Source: Octopus vulgaris (Eukaryota). Taken from it: a stretch of 64,000 nt of DNA. Of the stretch, positions 25,542 to 40,988 are shown one piece after another. The stretch lies in contig OX597834.1 of NCBI GenBank assembly GCA_951406725.2, forward strand, positions 45,632,001 through 45,696,000, written 5' to 3'. Each line of letters begins with the position of its first letter. Position 1 is the stretch's first letter. A model generated the notes under the pieces. That model searched no databases and was not told where the DNA came from. It saw only the letters and a list, made by a program, of their open reading frames with translations. The translations under genes were made by a program, and so were the position numbers.

Positions 25542-27944
25542 GTGTGTGTGTGTGTGCCCATGTATGTATAAATGTATATCTATATATGTCTGTATGCATA
25601 AATATATACACATATATTGATATATGCATACACTTATGCATATGTATACACAAACACACACACACACATGTGTACGTGCACATGCAGATGCGTATGTGTC
25701 TGCGTGTCTGTATGTATGTATTCATATATGTATGTAATTACCCTTGTGGCAAATATATGAAATCGTTATCATAATCATCATCATCCTCATCATCAATATC
25801 ATCATTATCAACATCATCAACGTCATCAATAGCATTCTGAGCTCCAGTCACACCGATCTAGTGAAGAGAGAATCGCTAAATACATACTAAATATCCAAGA
25901 TTATTCAATAGTTAATACACGAGAATATTTTATACAGGAATTTCACACACAATATCTGTCTGGGCCAAATTAATACTAAAGTTTGAATTTACTTCCTATT
26001 TATCAGAATAATAATTGTTCGGGTTTTATGATTTCGATTTCGATTCTTGCCTAGATTGATCTGGAAAATGTCTCAGAGCCAATGAATTAATAACATCGGA
26101 ATCTCTCATGTCTCCCTACTTCTGTTGGCGCATGCCTAGACAAGACAAAGAGTAAATAAGTGGTGCGTCACTCGATCTCTGTGCATGCCAGTAATAGCAG
26201 CTAATTCACTTTGGTTTCAACTGTCTTATAAAAGTACCGAGACGCGAGATGCTGCAGTCCTAGATACACAAAGCCAAGTACACACAATCAGGAATGAACA
26301 TATATTTACGCTGGTCACAAGCATAAACTTGAATCTGCAATGCAATGTGCAAGCTGGAGCAATTTTTAAATTATTTTTTTTATTCTTAGGAAGACATTTT
26401 TTTCCATGAATGCAAATTTACCTTTATTTATATTTATATTTATAAACTTATCCACTACAGAGGTCGCAATCTTAAACGGATTCAGCTTGGCAAATATATC
26501 GTCGAAGGCGCAGCCGTGGTGTCGCACGCAGCCGAAAACACGTACGGTAAGGCGTATTGCTCCAATCAATATCAGATGCCACAAGCCGCTTTCTGAATTG
26601 TTACTCTTCTTATGGAACCTAGAATGACATACTGGCGTTGGCAGAAATCGAACTCAACTCGCACGCAAAGTGCCTGACGTAGGGTCAGAGCAAGGTATTC
26701 CTTCTAAATCACCAATTTCCCAATTTATTAAAAGGAAGCCCGTCATGTTTTTATATTGTAAATAAAAGGTTTTGTCGATCTGGGTCCATCTGCGGTGGCT
26801 TTGGGGTTCCATAACGAAAATATCAACAGGAGCAGGTTACGCCACTCGGCCTGAAGAAAACTCTGCATAACTCACCCCCGCTGCAACGCCATGAGCTGTT
26901 TATCTTGATCTAAGATTACTATGCAGTGCATATTTTTGACAAGCAAACACGATGGATAGATATGGGCTCGCCGCCATAATAACATTAATTATGGTTTCAA
27001 ATTTTAGCACAGACCCAGCCAAGTCAGAGGAAATGGCTACGTCTATGACATCGATCCTATTACTCAACCGGTTCTTATTTTACCGACTCGAAAATGATGA
27101 AAGGCGAAGTCGAGCTCAGCGGAATTTGAAATGTGAACGTGAAGACGGACAAAATACGACTAAGCATTTCTGCTAACGATATTGCCAGTTCGCCGCCATA
27201 TTATCAATAATAATGATAACAGCAAGAATATTTGTGAGCTAATATTTTATGTGGTACAGCAAAATGAGTAGGATAATATTGCATTACATCCTTTTATTTT
27301 CTGCGTTGAAACGAAATTGGGTTTAACTCTGTCTTTGATCATTCCGAGATCATAAAACAATTCCAGAGAAGACCTGGAGTCATTTCAATAAAAACCAAGC
27401 AAATAAACACACACCCACACATACACAAGCACAAACACACACACAATATATACACACATACACAAGCACCTAGAATACATACACAAAATGCTGATTCTAT
27501 GAGAAACCAATCCTGCTATAAGATAAATGCACTGGAGTGGCTGACAGAATCACTAAATTGTTGAACAAAATTTCTTTACAGTTTTCCGGTGAGTCCTGGG
27601 CATAGGGAACTGCAGTTTTAACAGTATGCGAAGAGGACTTATAACACTCACTCGCTTTGAAAGGAACTACTTGTTTCTAGTTCAATTCTACTGAGGGGAA
27701 CTTTGACTAAACGTCTTCTACTATAACCTCGGTCATTGTGAGTGGATTGGGAGAGGTAGACTGTTTCAAATCCGACTGCGAATGTGAGTCTGTGTGCATG
27801 GGGTATGGGGAATGTATGCCTTATTGTCCTCATTTCATGGCTAGGCAGTCGGTAATGATTCGTCTAGGTGGCCTAACCTAAATGTTCAGAGAAGTGCCAA
27901 GGCATAGACGAAGCTCATTAAATGAAAGGTATACATATATATGG

Positions 27945-28170
27945 ATGAAAGGTTCTGAAAGGTTCTGAAAGGTTCCTGGATTTCTGTAAAATAGAGAAGG
28001 ACCAGTTAATTATGATTTTATTCAATATAATCCCCTCTCAAGTTCAAAGATCTATTGCGCCCTTCCTTCACTGTTTTCTAAGCCCTGTAATAAAACCATG
28101 AAAGATGGATTCACAGACAAGCCTTTCGCGATGCTCTTAAGGCCAAGAACTTTACAGCATTCCCTCGTAT
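27945..28170. mobile_element. mariner-derived MITE (same family as 8318-8538)
   Basis: Shared internal sequence cagttaattatg.ttttatt, ttttctaagccctgtaa; right TIR ...cagcattccctcgta. Confidence 0.7.
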
Positions 28171-28306
28171 ACAATAAGAGCTATATATATATATATATAT
28201 ATATTGATATATTGATATATATATACACATATATGTATACACAATCGTACCTATACACACACATATATGTATACACAATCGTACCTATACACACACATAT
28301 ATATAC

Positions 28307-28406
<100 letters not shown>

Positions 28407-28958
28407 ATGCATATGTATATATACACGACGGGCTTCTTTCAGTTTCCGTGTGTCAAATCCATTCACAAGGTTTTGTTCGGGCCGAGATTATAGTAGAACG
28501 CCCTCGTCCAGGGTGCCACGCGGTGGGACTGAGGCGCAGGCATGCTTCCCAACTACATGGTGGCATGGTTCCGGGTTCAGTTCCACTGCCTGGCACATTA
28601 GCAATGAGACTGAACCGTTGCCTTCTACTCCAGCTTCCTGGTCTTCAATGGTATGTGACCTCTACTCTAGTCTCGGATCAACCAACGACTTGTGTGCGTC
28701 TCCGTCCCTGAGTTTGTCCTCCCCAATCACCGCTTGACAGCGGTGTTGGTTTGTTGGCGCCAGAGTAATTTCGCGGTTCTGTAAAAGAAAAGAAAGCTCG
28801 TCTCTGCATGTCTCTGTCTCACTTGTTTACTCTTGCGGGTGCGAGGAGGTCGTGAATACATGGCAGAGGAGAAGGAGGAGGAGGAGGAGGAGGAGGAGAA
28901 GGAGAAGAATGCGGGAGTGCTATGATAGAAGTTTACATTATAGTGCTCACTTTGTTAT

Positions 28959-29020
<62 letters not shown>

Positions 29021-29044
29021 TTTCTGTGTATACATATGTATATA

Positions 29045-29097
<53 letters not shown>

Positions 29098-29379
29098 TCA
29101 TATATTTTCGTGTGCATATGTGTAAGTTTATTACATAGATGTGATGCTAAGAGATTAAGGAAATGAAAGGGGAGACAGACAGACACACAGACAGACACAC
29201 AGAAAAGAGTAGGAAGTATAGAGTAATTATTACTGACCGATACGCATAGATGTAAATATGTTGCGGAGAACAATACATCTAGAATGTTTTCACTGCAGCA
29301 GAAATATATTTGTACATCCAAATACATATCTACGTATCTATGTATACATACATATATATACATATATATATATACATAC

Positions 29380-29411
<32 letters not shown>

Positions 29412-29641
29412 TGGTGTGGGTGCGCGCGCATATATTAATATAGCAACGTGAGTGTGTATCACAATTCTAATTAAGTAAACCCCACTGAAATTTCATTGCA
29501 ATATGGTAAATCGTAATTTAATGAGATTTTCGTCTCAATGGTATACGATATTATTATATCCACTCTCTTTATTCTTCAACATAATATATACCATACATAC
29601 ACTGCATACATATATAATATATATGTGTGTGTGCGTTTGTA

Positions 29642-29678
<37 letters not shown>

Positions 29679-29804
29679 GTATGCATATATATATATATAT
29701 ATGAATATTCTGCTATATATATAATATATATACACATATATATGTGTTGTATATGTGTGTGTGTACACACGTATACATAAGCATAAATATACGATATACT
29801 TATA

Positions 29805-29857
<53 letters not shown>

Positions 29858-30075
29858 CTTATATGTAAATAAATAAATATATATATATACATTTATACAT
29901 GCATATATATCCTATACATATATATATATATTTATATGCATATATTTATGTCTATATATTTATATATCTTTATCAATGTATGTATCTATCTATATGTACG
30001 TATATATATATACATATATACACACATACACACATATATATATACACATATATGTCTGTATCTATCTATATGTAA

Positions 30076-30116
<41 letters not shown>

Positions 30117-30619
30117 CAGCCTCACACACACATACATCAGCTGTGTTCACTTTTCTATTTGCTGTCATCTGACAGCGGCTATAATCTAACGCGTCTTTCG
30201 ATTGCCTTACAGAGCAACACTGGAAACTGACTCATTATGTATTTAATAAAATCTGATATGAACGCAAATAATGCTTTGTCACTTCTTCTAAGCTTGATAT
30301 ATTGCCAATATGTGAATGTGACTTTGCATTCTTCGTTGCAATTCTGCATTGCCGCTGTTGTAGTGTGGTGGAGCCTCTGTCTTCACATATACATACGCTG
30401 AACGTGGGTTTCTACATATTATATATAATATATATTTGTAGATCCGAAATGTGTGGACTTGTGATTACCCTCTGTCAAAAGTACTTTCTGATAGATATCT
30501 TATTTCTGATACTCGCACAATTGCTAATAACTATGTAGCTAGAAAACAGATAGACAGAGAGGGAGAAACCAACAAACAAACAAAAACAAATGATAGATAG
30601 ACAGACGGGCAGACGGACA

Positions 30620-30900
<281 letters not shown>

Positions 30901-30901
30901 C

Positions 30902-31195
30902 TTTCTTTATTGGCCACACAGGGCTGGACACAGAGGGGACAAATACAAATGTAGAACTTTTCTTTTCGAAGATGGAAAACGAAAACGAAATAAAAAAGGG
31001 AACAAATGTAAAACTTCGATCAAAAACGATCGGGAAAAAAGCATTCAAAGGGGATCCTGTATCACAGAAAGAATTTTTTTTTTAAGTAACAAACAAGATT
31101 AGGTTCATCCGTAAAAAGAAAAGCCAACAGAAATGACCAAGGTAACCTCTGGCAGGGACGAAATAAATACATGAGAGCAAAGTGCTCTCTCTCTC

Positions 31196-31234
<39 letters not shown>

Positions 31235-31738
31235 CTTTTACGATTTACAGGATCATGCTCAAAGTGGTTTCGTTACTCGCACGCACCATATTTGCTACAT
31301 TCACCCACTTTTTTGGAAACTTTCACGAGACAAAACCTGCCTCTCCATTCTGACCTTCCTTTTCAAGTGGTACTTGAAAAAGTTGATGAGCGATTGGCCA
31401 GAGAGGTAAGTGTTTGTCTCTAATCCTTTCGCTCGAGTCCACCACACACATTCTTTCACCATAGCCACCAGTACGATGGAAACTGCCTTGCCTACCCGAT
31501 TGAGGGAAGGAGACGGTGCAACCTTCACGATAGACTCAGCTGATAAACCGACTCGTCCCACATGTGACAGCCGCCGTTCGGCATAAGCCCACAGGTCCGA
31601 AATGGATGGACACTGCACGAGTGCGAGCAGGACGGTTTCGTCGCTCTGACCGCATTTCGGGCAAGTCGGTCCAGTGTGTCTCGAACCGTGCCTGTAGAGC
31701 TTATCCCGAACAGCCCTGCCAGGCCAGGGATCTTTGGT
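30902..31738 (-). mobile_element. 5'-truncated Tx1/L1-clade LINE (ORF2 C-terminus with zinc finger, plus 3' UTR)
   Basis: Translation VRDKLYRHG...TCPKCGQSDETVLLALVQCPSISDLW...KECVWWTRAKG...FFKYHLKRKVRMER...; stop near 31245; UTR ends in aataaagaaa. Confidence 0.8.
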
Positions 31739-32636
31739 GATTGCCCATTTGTTTTGTGATGAATATTTCTAATAAACATTCAAAGTCAACCCATGCAGAA
31801 TTTGATCCTAAATCGTAAAGTTAGACGAAATACTGCCAAATACTTTACGCTGCCTGTTAACGATTCTGACAGGTCACCGCTCTTTGAATTGTTTTCTTTA
31901 ATACCAATTTTTCAATTTAGATCTAGAAATCATTTGGGATGGAGATCGAAGATTCTATTATATTGATTCCTGTACTCATGTTGTCTATCCCAGCAACAAA
32001 AGCAAGAAAAAATTTCGTTGTCATTACTCAAATTCGAAACCTAATGATGAGGAATTTAGTTTGAAGATTTTGCGATTCCGACTACGCGCCTCCTTGTTTG
32101 CTTTCTTCTAAACATTCTGTTATATTTGTGACATATAATAACAAGATTTGCTAGTCTTCATTTAATAAATGATAAAGTATTGAGCAAATAATTACTTGAC
32201 CAAATGTCGATTTAACAACTTAATTAGATTATGAGATTTCAATTAAATTAAGTTGAGAATAACGCCATTCTTCGGTTGACCTTTGGTGCTGGAATTATCG
32301 TGAATTTAATACCATTTATATTGGCTGTTTATAGAACCTTTACTCGTACATCCATACTTCAGGAAACTAGTATATTGCGGAATGTAAACACAAGTATTGG
32401 ATAATAGACAGCTATCGTTTACAAGTGTTTCAAATGCGGTGAGCTGGTGGAGTCGTCAGTGCATCGACACAATAATGAACTGCATTTCTTCCGCCTGTAC
32501 GATTCCAGTTCAAATCCCGCAAAAGTCGATTGTGCCTTTTATCTTTTTGGGATCATTATCATATAAATACCAGTCAATTACTGGTGTTGATGCAATCGAT
32601 TATCCCCTCCCCCCACCTTACACCCGCTGGGAGATA

Positions 32637-33876
32637 TTAGTTTGTCGGGAAAGTTCTTGCGAAATTTTTAATTTTGGTTTTAAATGATGTATTTTCAAAT
32701 TAATTCTCGCTAAATTACTTTGACTTTATATATAATTTTAAAGCCTGTTTTTTGCTCTATCTAATCGCGTTATTCTTTTTGAATAATTAGGCCATTTTTC
32801 CGGAACGTTGAATACAATATGGACAAAAAGCAAATTCGCACAATTTTTTTTATTTCAGTTCAAGCTAAGCGGAAAAGCGGCTGAAACAGCGGGCGATATC
32901 AAGGATGCGTTTGGCCCAGGAACCACTGATGAACGTAGAGCACAATGGTGATTCGAGAAAGATCTTAGCGGCGACGAGATTCTTGATAAGCGTAGTGGTC
33001 GGCCATCAGATGTTGACGACAATCAACTAAGAGCTTAATCGAAGCCAATCCACGCACAACTGTTCGGGAGCTTGCTTCTGAATTAGACGTAACGTATACG
33101 GCTATTTCCAACCACTTGAAAGAGATTGGCAAAACAAAAATACTTGAGAACTGGGTGCCGCACGAATTGAACGACAAACGAAAAAAAAAACGCCGTTTTC
33201 AAGTGTCGTCTTCCCTTCTTTTACGCAACAAGAATGACCTGTTTCTCGACCGGATTGTGACGTGCGATAAAAAGTGAATTATTTACGACTACCAGCGACG
33301 CTCAGCTCAGTGGTTGGATGCCGACGAAGATCCGGGACACTTCCCAAAAGAAAGCCATGGTGTCTGTTTGGTGTTCTGCGGCGAGTGTCATTCATCAAAG
33401 CTTTTTGGATCCAGGCAAAACTATTACGGCGGAGAAGTATCATCAGGAAATGGATGAAATGCATAAGAAACTCCGACAACAGCCAGCATTGGTCCATAAA
33501 ATAGGACCAATTCTTCTCCACGACAACGCTCGGTCGCACGTCGCACAACTGACCCTGTTAGAAGTTGAACGAATTGGGCTACGAAAGTCTGCCTCATCCG
33601 CCATACTCACCACACCTCTCGCCTACCGACACCCACTTTTTCAAGCATCTCGACAACTTCCTGAGTGAGAAATGCTTCAAAAACCAAGACGATGCCAAAC
33701 ACGTCTTCAACGACTTCGTTGCCACCAGGGCGCAGGAGTTCTACGCTACTGGCATAAATAAACTTGTTTCGCGTTGGTATATGATGTTTATTTCGATTAA
33801 TAAAGTTTTGTTTGGGCCGAGATATGTGCATCTGAATTTAAAGGTTAAAAACGCAAGAACTTTCTTGACAACCTAA
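32637..33876 (+). mobile_element. mariner DNA transposon (DD34D), near full length, inactivated
   Basis: TIRs ttagtttgtcgggaaagttcttgcg / cgcaagaactttcttgacaacctaa with TA on both flanks; transposase remnants inside. Confidence 0.95.
32819..33790 (+). pseudogene. mariner transposase pseudogene (Hsmar1/cecropia-like)
   Basis: MDKKQIRTIF.., RSGRP, WVPHEL, RIVTCD, LLHDNARSH, HPPYSPHLSPTD.HFFKHL; stops and frameshifts. Confidence 0.92.
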
Positions 33877-33884
33877 TAAATGGT

Positions 33885-34400
33885 TCAGAGCTTGTGCGTA
33901 TATTAACAATTTTATTACAAGGCACGGAACTCGCAAATTCGTTAGTGGCATTTCTTTCTCTTTATGCTCTGGGTTCAAATTCCGCCGAGGTTGACTTTGC
34001 GTTTCATCATTTCCACAGCAGTAAAATAAGCACCAGTTGAATTTTGAACTCAATGTTATCGTCTTACCCATATCTTTAAAACTTCTGTCCTTGTACCAAA
34101 AAATTGAAACCTTATTACAACTAGTACAAAACTATGAGCTGGCTGAATATTTAGCACATCGGACAAAAAGCTTAGCAAGTTTTAGTTTTTATATTCTGAG
34201 TTCAAACTCCACCCGGGTCGATTATGTCTTTTATACTTTGATAAAATAAGTTGAAAATGTAGTTGATAATGTAGTCGACTTACACTCTCTGCAACATCTG
34301 CTGGACATCTACCAAAATTATTATACAGACTAGTAATAAAATCGATGTAATTGACTAACGTCTTCACCCAAAGATTCAGGCCTTCTGTCTATAGGAGAAA
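33885..34400 (+). mobile_element. Tandem diverged SINE family A copies
   Basis: ctgggttcaaattccgccgaggttgactttgc and related motifs repeated. Confidence 0.65.
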
Positions 34401-35742
34401 GAATTATTACAATCGGTTCAAAGGCAATGAGTTGCGGCTGCCACCTCACGCTTTTCATTTCCTTTCTGGTTCTCGTGTTAATATTGTTATAAACGTCTTA
34501 CACACCAGACAAATAAAGTCATGATATTGCGTTTTTGATTAATGAATGTTAATTAATGTTTTTAAAAAACAATGAGTGTGTATGTGGTTGTTCATTTTTG
34601 CACTGACCTGAGCAGAAGCATACATATACACATACACGCGCACATACACACGCATATATACACAGAATTATATTGTCACTCATACATATATACATATACG
34701 TCACATGCACGTACAAAGACACGCACCGCACGATCTAAAAGTCTTCCTTTAGATCATTGCTTAAAAAGCAATGCAAGTTCATGACTTCAGTTGTATTGAG
34801 TTTCAGACGTTTATAATATCGTTACCACGAGAAGCAAAAAGGAAGTCAAAAGCGTGAGCTTGAAGCAGCCATCTTTGCACGTGTCGTTCACAAAGGTTTT
34901 TAGACAAAAGAACATAAGAATAACCGTTTTTCTTCAAACTTGCATTTCTTATTTAAAAAGGAAAAAATCCATACTGTACATTGTTTCTGCAATGCATACG
35001 TAGAAGCGGGTCTATAGCGGAAGACACTTTCTCAAAGCACCGCTATGCAGTAGGACTGAACCTCAAATCATGCTTTTGCAAAGCGAGTTTTTTAACCACA
35101 CGGCCATACCTGAAAGAAGTATTGGAAAGGAAAACGGGAAATGTGAAAAATAAATCAAAACGGAAATACGATAGGGAAAATAAGAGGAGAACTAAAGAGT
35201 AGAGATATTTTGGGGTAGAATATGGATGTAAGATACATGCGTAAGAAATGATGAGAATAGCAATGAAAGAGACAGAGGAGTAAGATTTATATTGCATAGG
35301 TATTTAATGAAAATTAAGGAATACGATTTGAGGAGAAAAAGAGCAAAGGCAACGGTTAGAAGGGAATGAGAGAACAGTGTTGGAGATAAGGAGCCAATAT
35401 GGCTGAATGGAGAAGAGCAATAACTATGAGAGAATGAAATACTATAAATTAGACATAAATAACGAAAGATTCATGTATTAATATTCAGAAGTAAACAGAA
35501 AAGAAGGAAGTTAGGAAGAAGAAAATTACTTTAGGAACCGTTACGAGAATCTAATGTAATATATGAGAAAGGATAGAGAGAGGGAGAGGGAGAGAGGGAG
35601 AGGGAGAGAGTGAAATGAGATATTAACTGCAAGTCAAAATGAATTTTGTTATTTAACGTGTTTACATATTTATACATAAATAGTTATATATGTATTTATA
35701 TATGTATGTTATATATATATTTATATATGTATGTACGTATGC

Positions 35743-35805
<63 letters not shown>

Positions 35806-35835
35806 GATATACAAGTAAATGTATATACATATATA

Positions 35836-36066
35836 TTTCTTTACTACCCACAAGGGGCTAAACACAGACGGGACAAACAAGGTCAGACAAACGGATTAAG
35901 TCGATTATATCGACCCCAGTGTGTAACTGGTACTTAATTTATCGACCCCGAAAGGATGAAAGGCAAAGTCGACCTCGGCGGAATTTGAACTCGGAACGTG
36001 ACGACAGACGAAATACAGCTACGCATTTCGCCCGGCGTGCTAACGTTTCTGCCAGCTCGCCGCCTT
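35836..36066 (-). mobile_element. SINE family A monomer
   Basis: Complete head, core and tail. Confidence 0.92.
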
Positions 36067-36215
36067 TTATAATGTATATACATATATATATATATATATT
36101 ATATGTTTACATTATATCTATATTCGTATACATGCATACATACATACACACATTCATACATGCATTCATACATACATGCATACGCATACACACACATATG
36201 GGTAGATAGATAGAT

Positions 36216-36260
<45 letters not shown>

Positions 36261-36271
36261 GATATAGATAA

Positions 36272-36356
<85 letters not shown>

Positions 36357-37298
36357 GAGATAGATAGATATATAGATATGTACGTGGGCAATGCAGTTCA
36401 TTTGAAATGTTGGAATATCCGGAAGCAAAATGCACAATGCGTTTTGTGAATGATATACTGTAAAATAAGACAAGATGGCGCTGAACAGAAGAAAATAAAT
36501 AAGTAACATTTAACATAAAAGAATAACAAGTGGTTATTTATTATTGTTTAAGGGTATAACATTCGATAGTTTATTTCTCTTTAGGGCATATATGTTATTT
36601 TTATCATTTGGACAAAAGGCGATAGAAAGGATTTGTTTGGTTAGCTTGCAGTGTTTTGTCAAAATATATGGAAAAACTGAATAAAGATACATCCTGAAAA
36701 ATACAACTAAAATGTGTTGGGTTTTGAGCTACAATCGTTCGTTTTTCGGGTTGTTTTTCAAAGACGAAATATATTTTCATCTAAGCGTTTTATGGTTTCT
36801 ATTTTTCCTGCTGCTTACTGTTTTTCAGATCAACTCGAGTACAAATTAGAAAAACAAATAAACGAATTTGTTTGGTGTTTTTCTAATTAGTTACCAGTTA
36901 AGTAATGCGAATGGCAATAAGAGTTGCCTCATTGTGTATTAACGACAGTAAAGTCATATTAATGTATCATAAAAGAATAATCCATGTAAATGAATCGTTC
37001 CCATCAGTATAATTTATAACTAATATATTCATCTAAATTTTTCGTTTTCTAAATACTTTATATGTATTTATTTGATATTTTATTTTTATCATTTATATTT
37101 TATTTGCTTCAGTCTTTGAACTGCGAATCTGCTGGGATCTATGTTGATGGATTCGTATCCTTCATTCACAAGTTTGTCAACAAGCCACTACCTGTTGTCA
37201 TACGGTGTGGAGTAAGAAACAGAAATATAGAGACACAAACGAACACACGTGCATATATATATATACGTGTGTGTGTGTGTTCGCATGCATATATATTC

Positions 37299-37345
<47 letters not shown>

Positions 37346-37352
37346 ATATATT

Positions 37353-37445
<93 letters not shown>

Positions 37446-38193
37446 GTGTGTGTGTGTATGTAATGTATATATATATATATGTATATGTATATGTATGTAT
37501 GTATATATATATATTTACGCAAGCTTCACACAGTTTCCAGCAGACAAATTACGTCGCAGAAGAATGCTTGACGTGGACCTATTCAAGATTACTTGCCTAA
37601 GTTGCCTCGCAGTGGGACTGAACCTGAAACTACGGAGCTGAAAAGTGAGCTATTTAACTATGCATCTATGCCTGGCAGGCAGAGAACCTTATTAATCGTA
37701 GGTTTATAAAGGTGCATTTTTTCTCCTTGCGTTTTGTTAATTATTAATGATCCTCTCCTTCAGATTGCATGCATACATGGAGAGGGTAGGAACATTTCTT
37801 CATTTACATGTATCTAAATTAATTTATACGATGACAATATTTCTGCTTTAAAAATAATTTCATTCATATACATATGTAATATTTTGCATTGAGTATCGCA
37901 AAAGCAAAATATTATCAAGTTTTCTATTGCAATCTTTACTCTGTATGCACTAGTTTTTTAAAGATATATGCCCTCTAATTAACATGTATCGGTATTATGA
38001 CACTTACGGAAAGGTAAAAAAAAATGTGCAGTATCAGCTTAATCGATATATTCAGCGGCCGCATGGATTATATGAAGATCTCGCGAATCTTTGTTTGGGA
38101 AACGTTTATTTTTTGTTAGGTTTACAAAAGAGCAAGCAATTAGCAGTCATTTAAAGTAAATGCGTCCCTTTATAAATTTTGCTTCTATTTGCA

Positions 38194-38412
38194 AAGTTAG
38201 CTGGCAGAAACGTTAGCACGCAGGGTGAAATGCTTAGCAGTAATTTCGTCTGTTGTTACGTTCTGAGTTCAAATTTCGCCGTGGTCGCCTTTACCTTTCA
38301 TCCTTTCGGGGTCGATGAAATAAGTAGCAGTTATGCACTGGGGTCGATTCAATCCACTTAATCCCTTTGTTTGTCCCCTCTGTGTTTAGCCACTTGTGGG
38401 TAATAAAGAAAC
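38194..38412 (+). mobile_element. SINE family A monomer
   Basis: Complete head, core and tail. Confidence 0.88.
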
Positions 38413-38536
38413 AAATTACTTCGCTAGTCTCTAGTGCATTGTTATTATTACTGGTTGTGCAATTAAAACAATCGTTATCAACGTCCTTTGCAGGGATTAT
38501 TTTACTGATATTAAACGGAAATGTTGTATATATAAC

Positions 38537-38584
<48 letters not shown>

Positions 38585-39604
38585 GAAACTATCTTTGAAT
38601 ATCGTTGTTGGCTTTATTCTTTTCCGTGTGTATTTGTAACTGTGCAAAATAAATTAGCGATATTAATGTAACAGAAAGCAGCAGCAATATTTATAGAGAA
38701 CTTCAACTTCACAACCGTTTCCACCCCTGGAACAATCCGAAATGCATTAGGACATAATGCTTCTGTAAACTGATTGATGTTATCATGATATAAACACATT
38801 CGTTCTTTGACCTGTTTGACCGAAACAGCCACACCATGAAGTTACTGTATCTAAATAGAATAATTCGGACTATTTGAAATGAATGATTTAATAGCTTACT
38901 ACAAATGCCGGATCTCAGATAAGCCACATTTCGTCTATAATGCATGCATTAATAATATTAAGGCCTCATATTTTTTTAAGTAGCTAACTGGTGACAGCTA
39001 ACCAAAAGTTCAATCCGTTTGTCCATCCTTAAGTTTCCCTTGAATCTGTCAGGTACACCATATTTCACTATTACCAAATACCGTTACCTTACATCTTGCA
39101 CCTCCATTCTCTCAACCCGTGATTTTATCGAAGGTACTGAAGTGCAATAAAACAACAATAACAATAAAGCCTTTCTTACATTATGAAGGTATTTAGAGGC
39201 GAGAGTTGCTAGTCGCGTGCTAAAGAGAGTAAATACGAACTTAATGACATGGGAAAGATCCGAGAAGAATCTGCAAAATTAATATCCAAGATATTAGAAT
39301 GCTTTTCCTGTAGAAATTTGAAATTTAGTCACTGAATACTACACGAAAGAAGAAACCATTCAATCAGAAACAAACGTAAATTCTTCAACAACACACGAAA
39401 ATGGCAAGAAATGTACGTGTGATGTACGCAAATGCCCGTGCACACGTGTGTGTGTGTATATGTGTGCATCTGCGCGTGTGAGCACATATGGGTAATATGT
39501 ACACACGCATAAAGAATAAATCCAGGATAGTTAAGAGTATAATCAATACCAGATACTCAAAATCTAATATTTCAGTGGATCTAAGCAGGTCGGACTTCCA
39601 TATG

Positions 39605-40861
39605 TTGGGTCATCCCATACACAATGCGGTTTTTCTCAATTGCATGAATTAAGAGTCGGAAAGGGGCGGAATAAACTACCTGCATCATGTAGAAATTTTA
39701 TTATGCGACTTATTCATAGTGCAAGTTTTGAAGAGTGCACTTCGATTTTAAAAGTTATCTTTTTAAAGCTATAATAGAAGTGACAAAGGAGCATATTCGA
39801 CATATTTTGCTTTATGAGTTCAATAAAATAACAACGCAACGGAAAGTGCGAGGAATATTAATGAGTGTATGGGGACCGGACAGCAAGCGTAAGCCAATGC
39901 CAAAAGTGGTTCCAGGAATTCAGAACCGAAAACCACAGCCTAGAAAACAAACCCCGTCCTGGAAGATATATAGAAATCGACGAGGACGTCCTGCATATCT
40001 TGGAAGAACAAAATCCCATAGTAACTGTTGAGGGACAAGCAGGAAAGCTCCGATTTGGTCATTCAACCATACATCGACAATTGCATGCCATCGGAGAGGT
40101 CAGTAAATTGGGTCAATGTGTTCCTCCCAATGTTTCCGAGTCTAGTCGCATGGAAAGAGTAGATGTGTGCTCTTCTTTGCTGTCACCTCGCACGAATGAA
40201 CCTTTTTTGGACTGAATAATGACTGGTGACGAGAAATGGGTTCTCCATAAAAATATCAAACGCCAGGGAAAGGAGAGACACTGATATCCCAGGCTAAAGA
40301 AGATGTTAACCCACGTAAGCTATTGGTATCTTTTTGGTGGGATATCAAATGTTTAGTCCGCTTTGAACTTTAAAATGAAACGAAACGATAACAAAGGAGA
40401 TCTACTGCGAGCAGCTTCAGCGACTAAAATCAGTGCTTGAAGAAAATCCACCATCTTTGGTTTCAAGATGAAAGGTGTTCTTCCCTCAAGATAATGCCCC
40501 CCACCCCGCCACATACAACGAGGTTGATATTCCAAAGGCTGGAACAGTTTGAATGGGAAACGATGCCCCACCCACCATATTTTCCGGACATCTGCTTATC
40601 ATTTATTCCACACTCTTCAAAATCATTTGGACGGAAAAAATATGAATTCTATAGACGAGGTCAGAACAGTACAGGGGGAGTGTTTTCCATCACGAACAAG
40701 TGAATTTTGGAAGAGGGTCCTTGCAAGTCTACCAGATAGATGACAGAGTATTGTAGAGAACGAAGGAATGTATATTTCAGATTGAAAAAAAAAACTTTGT
40801 TTATCTTCATTTTGGAAAATAAAGAATTATAAAAAAACGCATTATTTATGGGATGGCCCAA
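39605..40861 (+). mobile_element. Second mariner (DD34D) family, near full length, inactivated transposase (approx. 39774-40783)
   Basis: TIRs ttgggtcatcccata / tatgggatggcccaa; EVTKEHIRHILLYEFNK, PRPGR, MTGDEKW, QDNA, HPPYFPD..HLFHTLQNHLDGK motifs across frames. Confidence 0.92.
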
Positions 40862-40907
40862 TACATATATATATAATGTATTTCGAATAAATGCCAAAGC
40901 AAAAATT

Positions 40908-40988
<81 letters not shown>

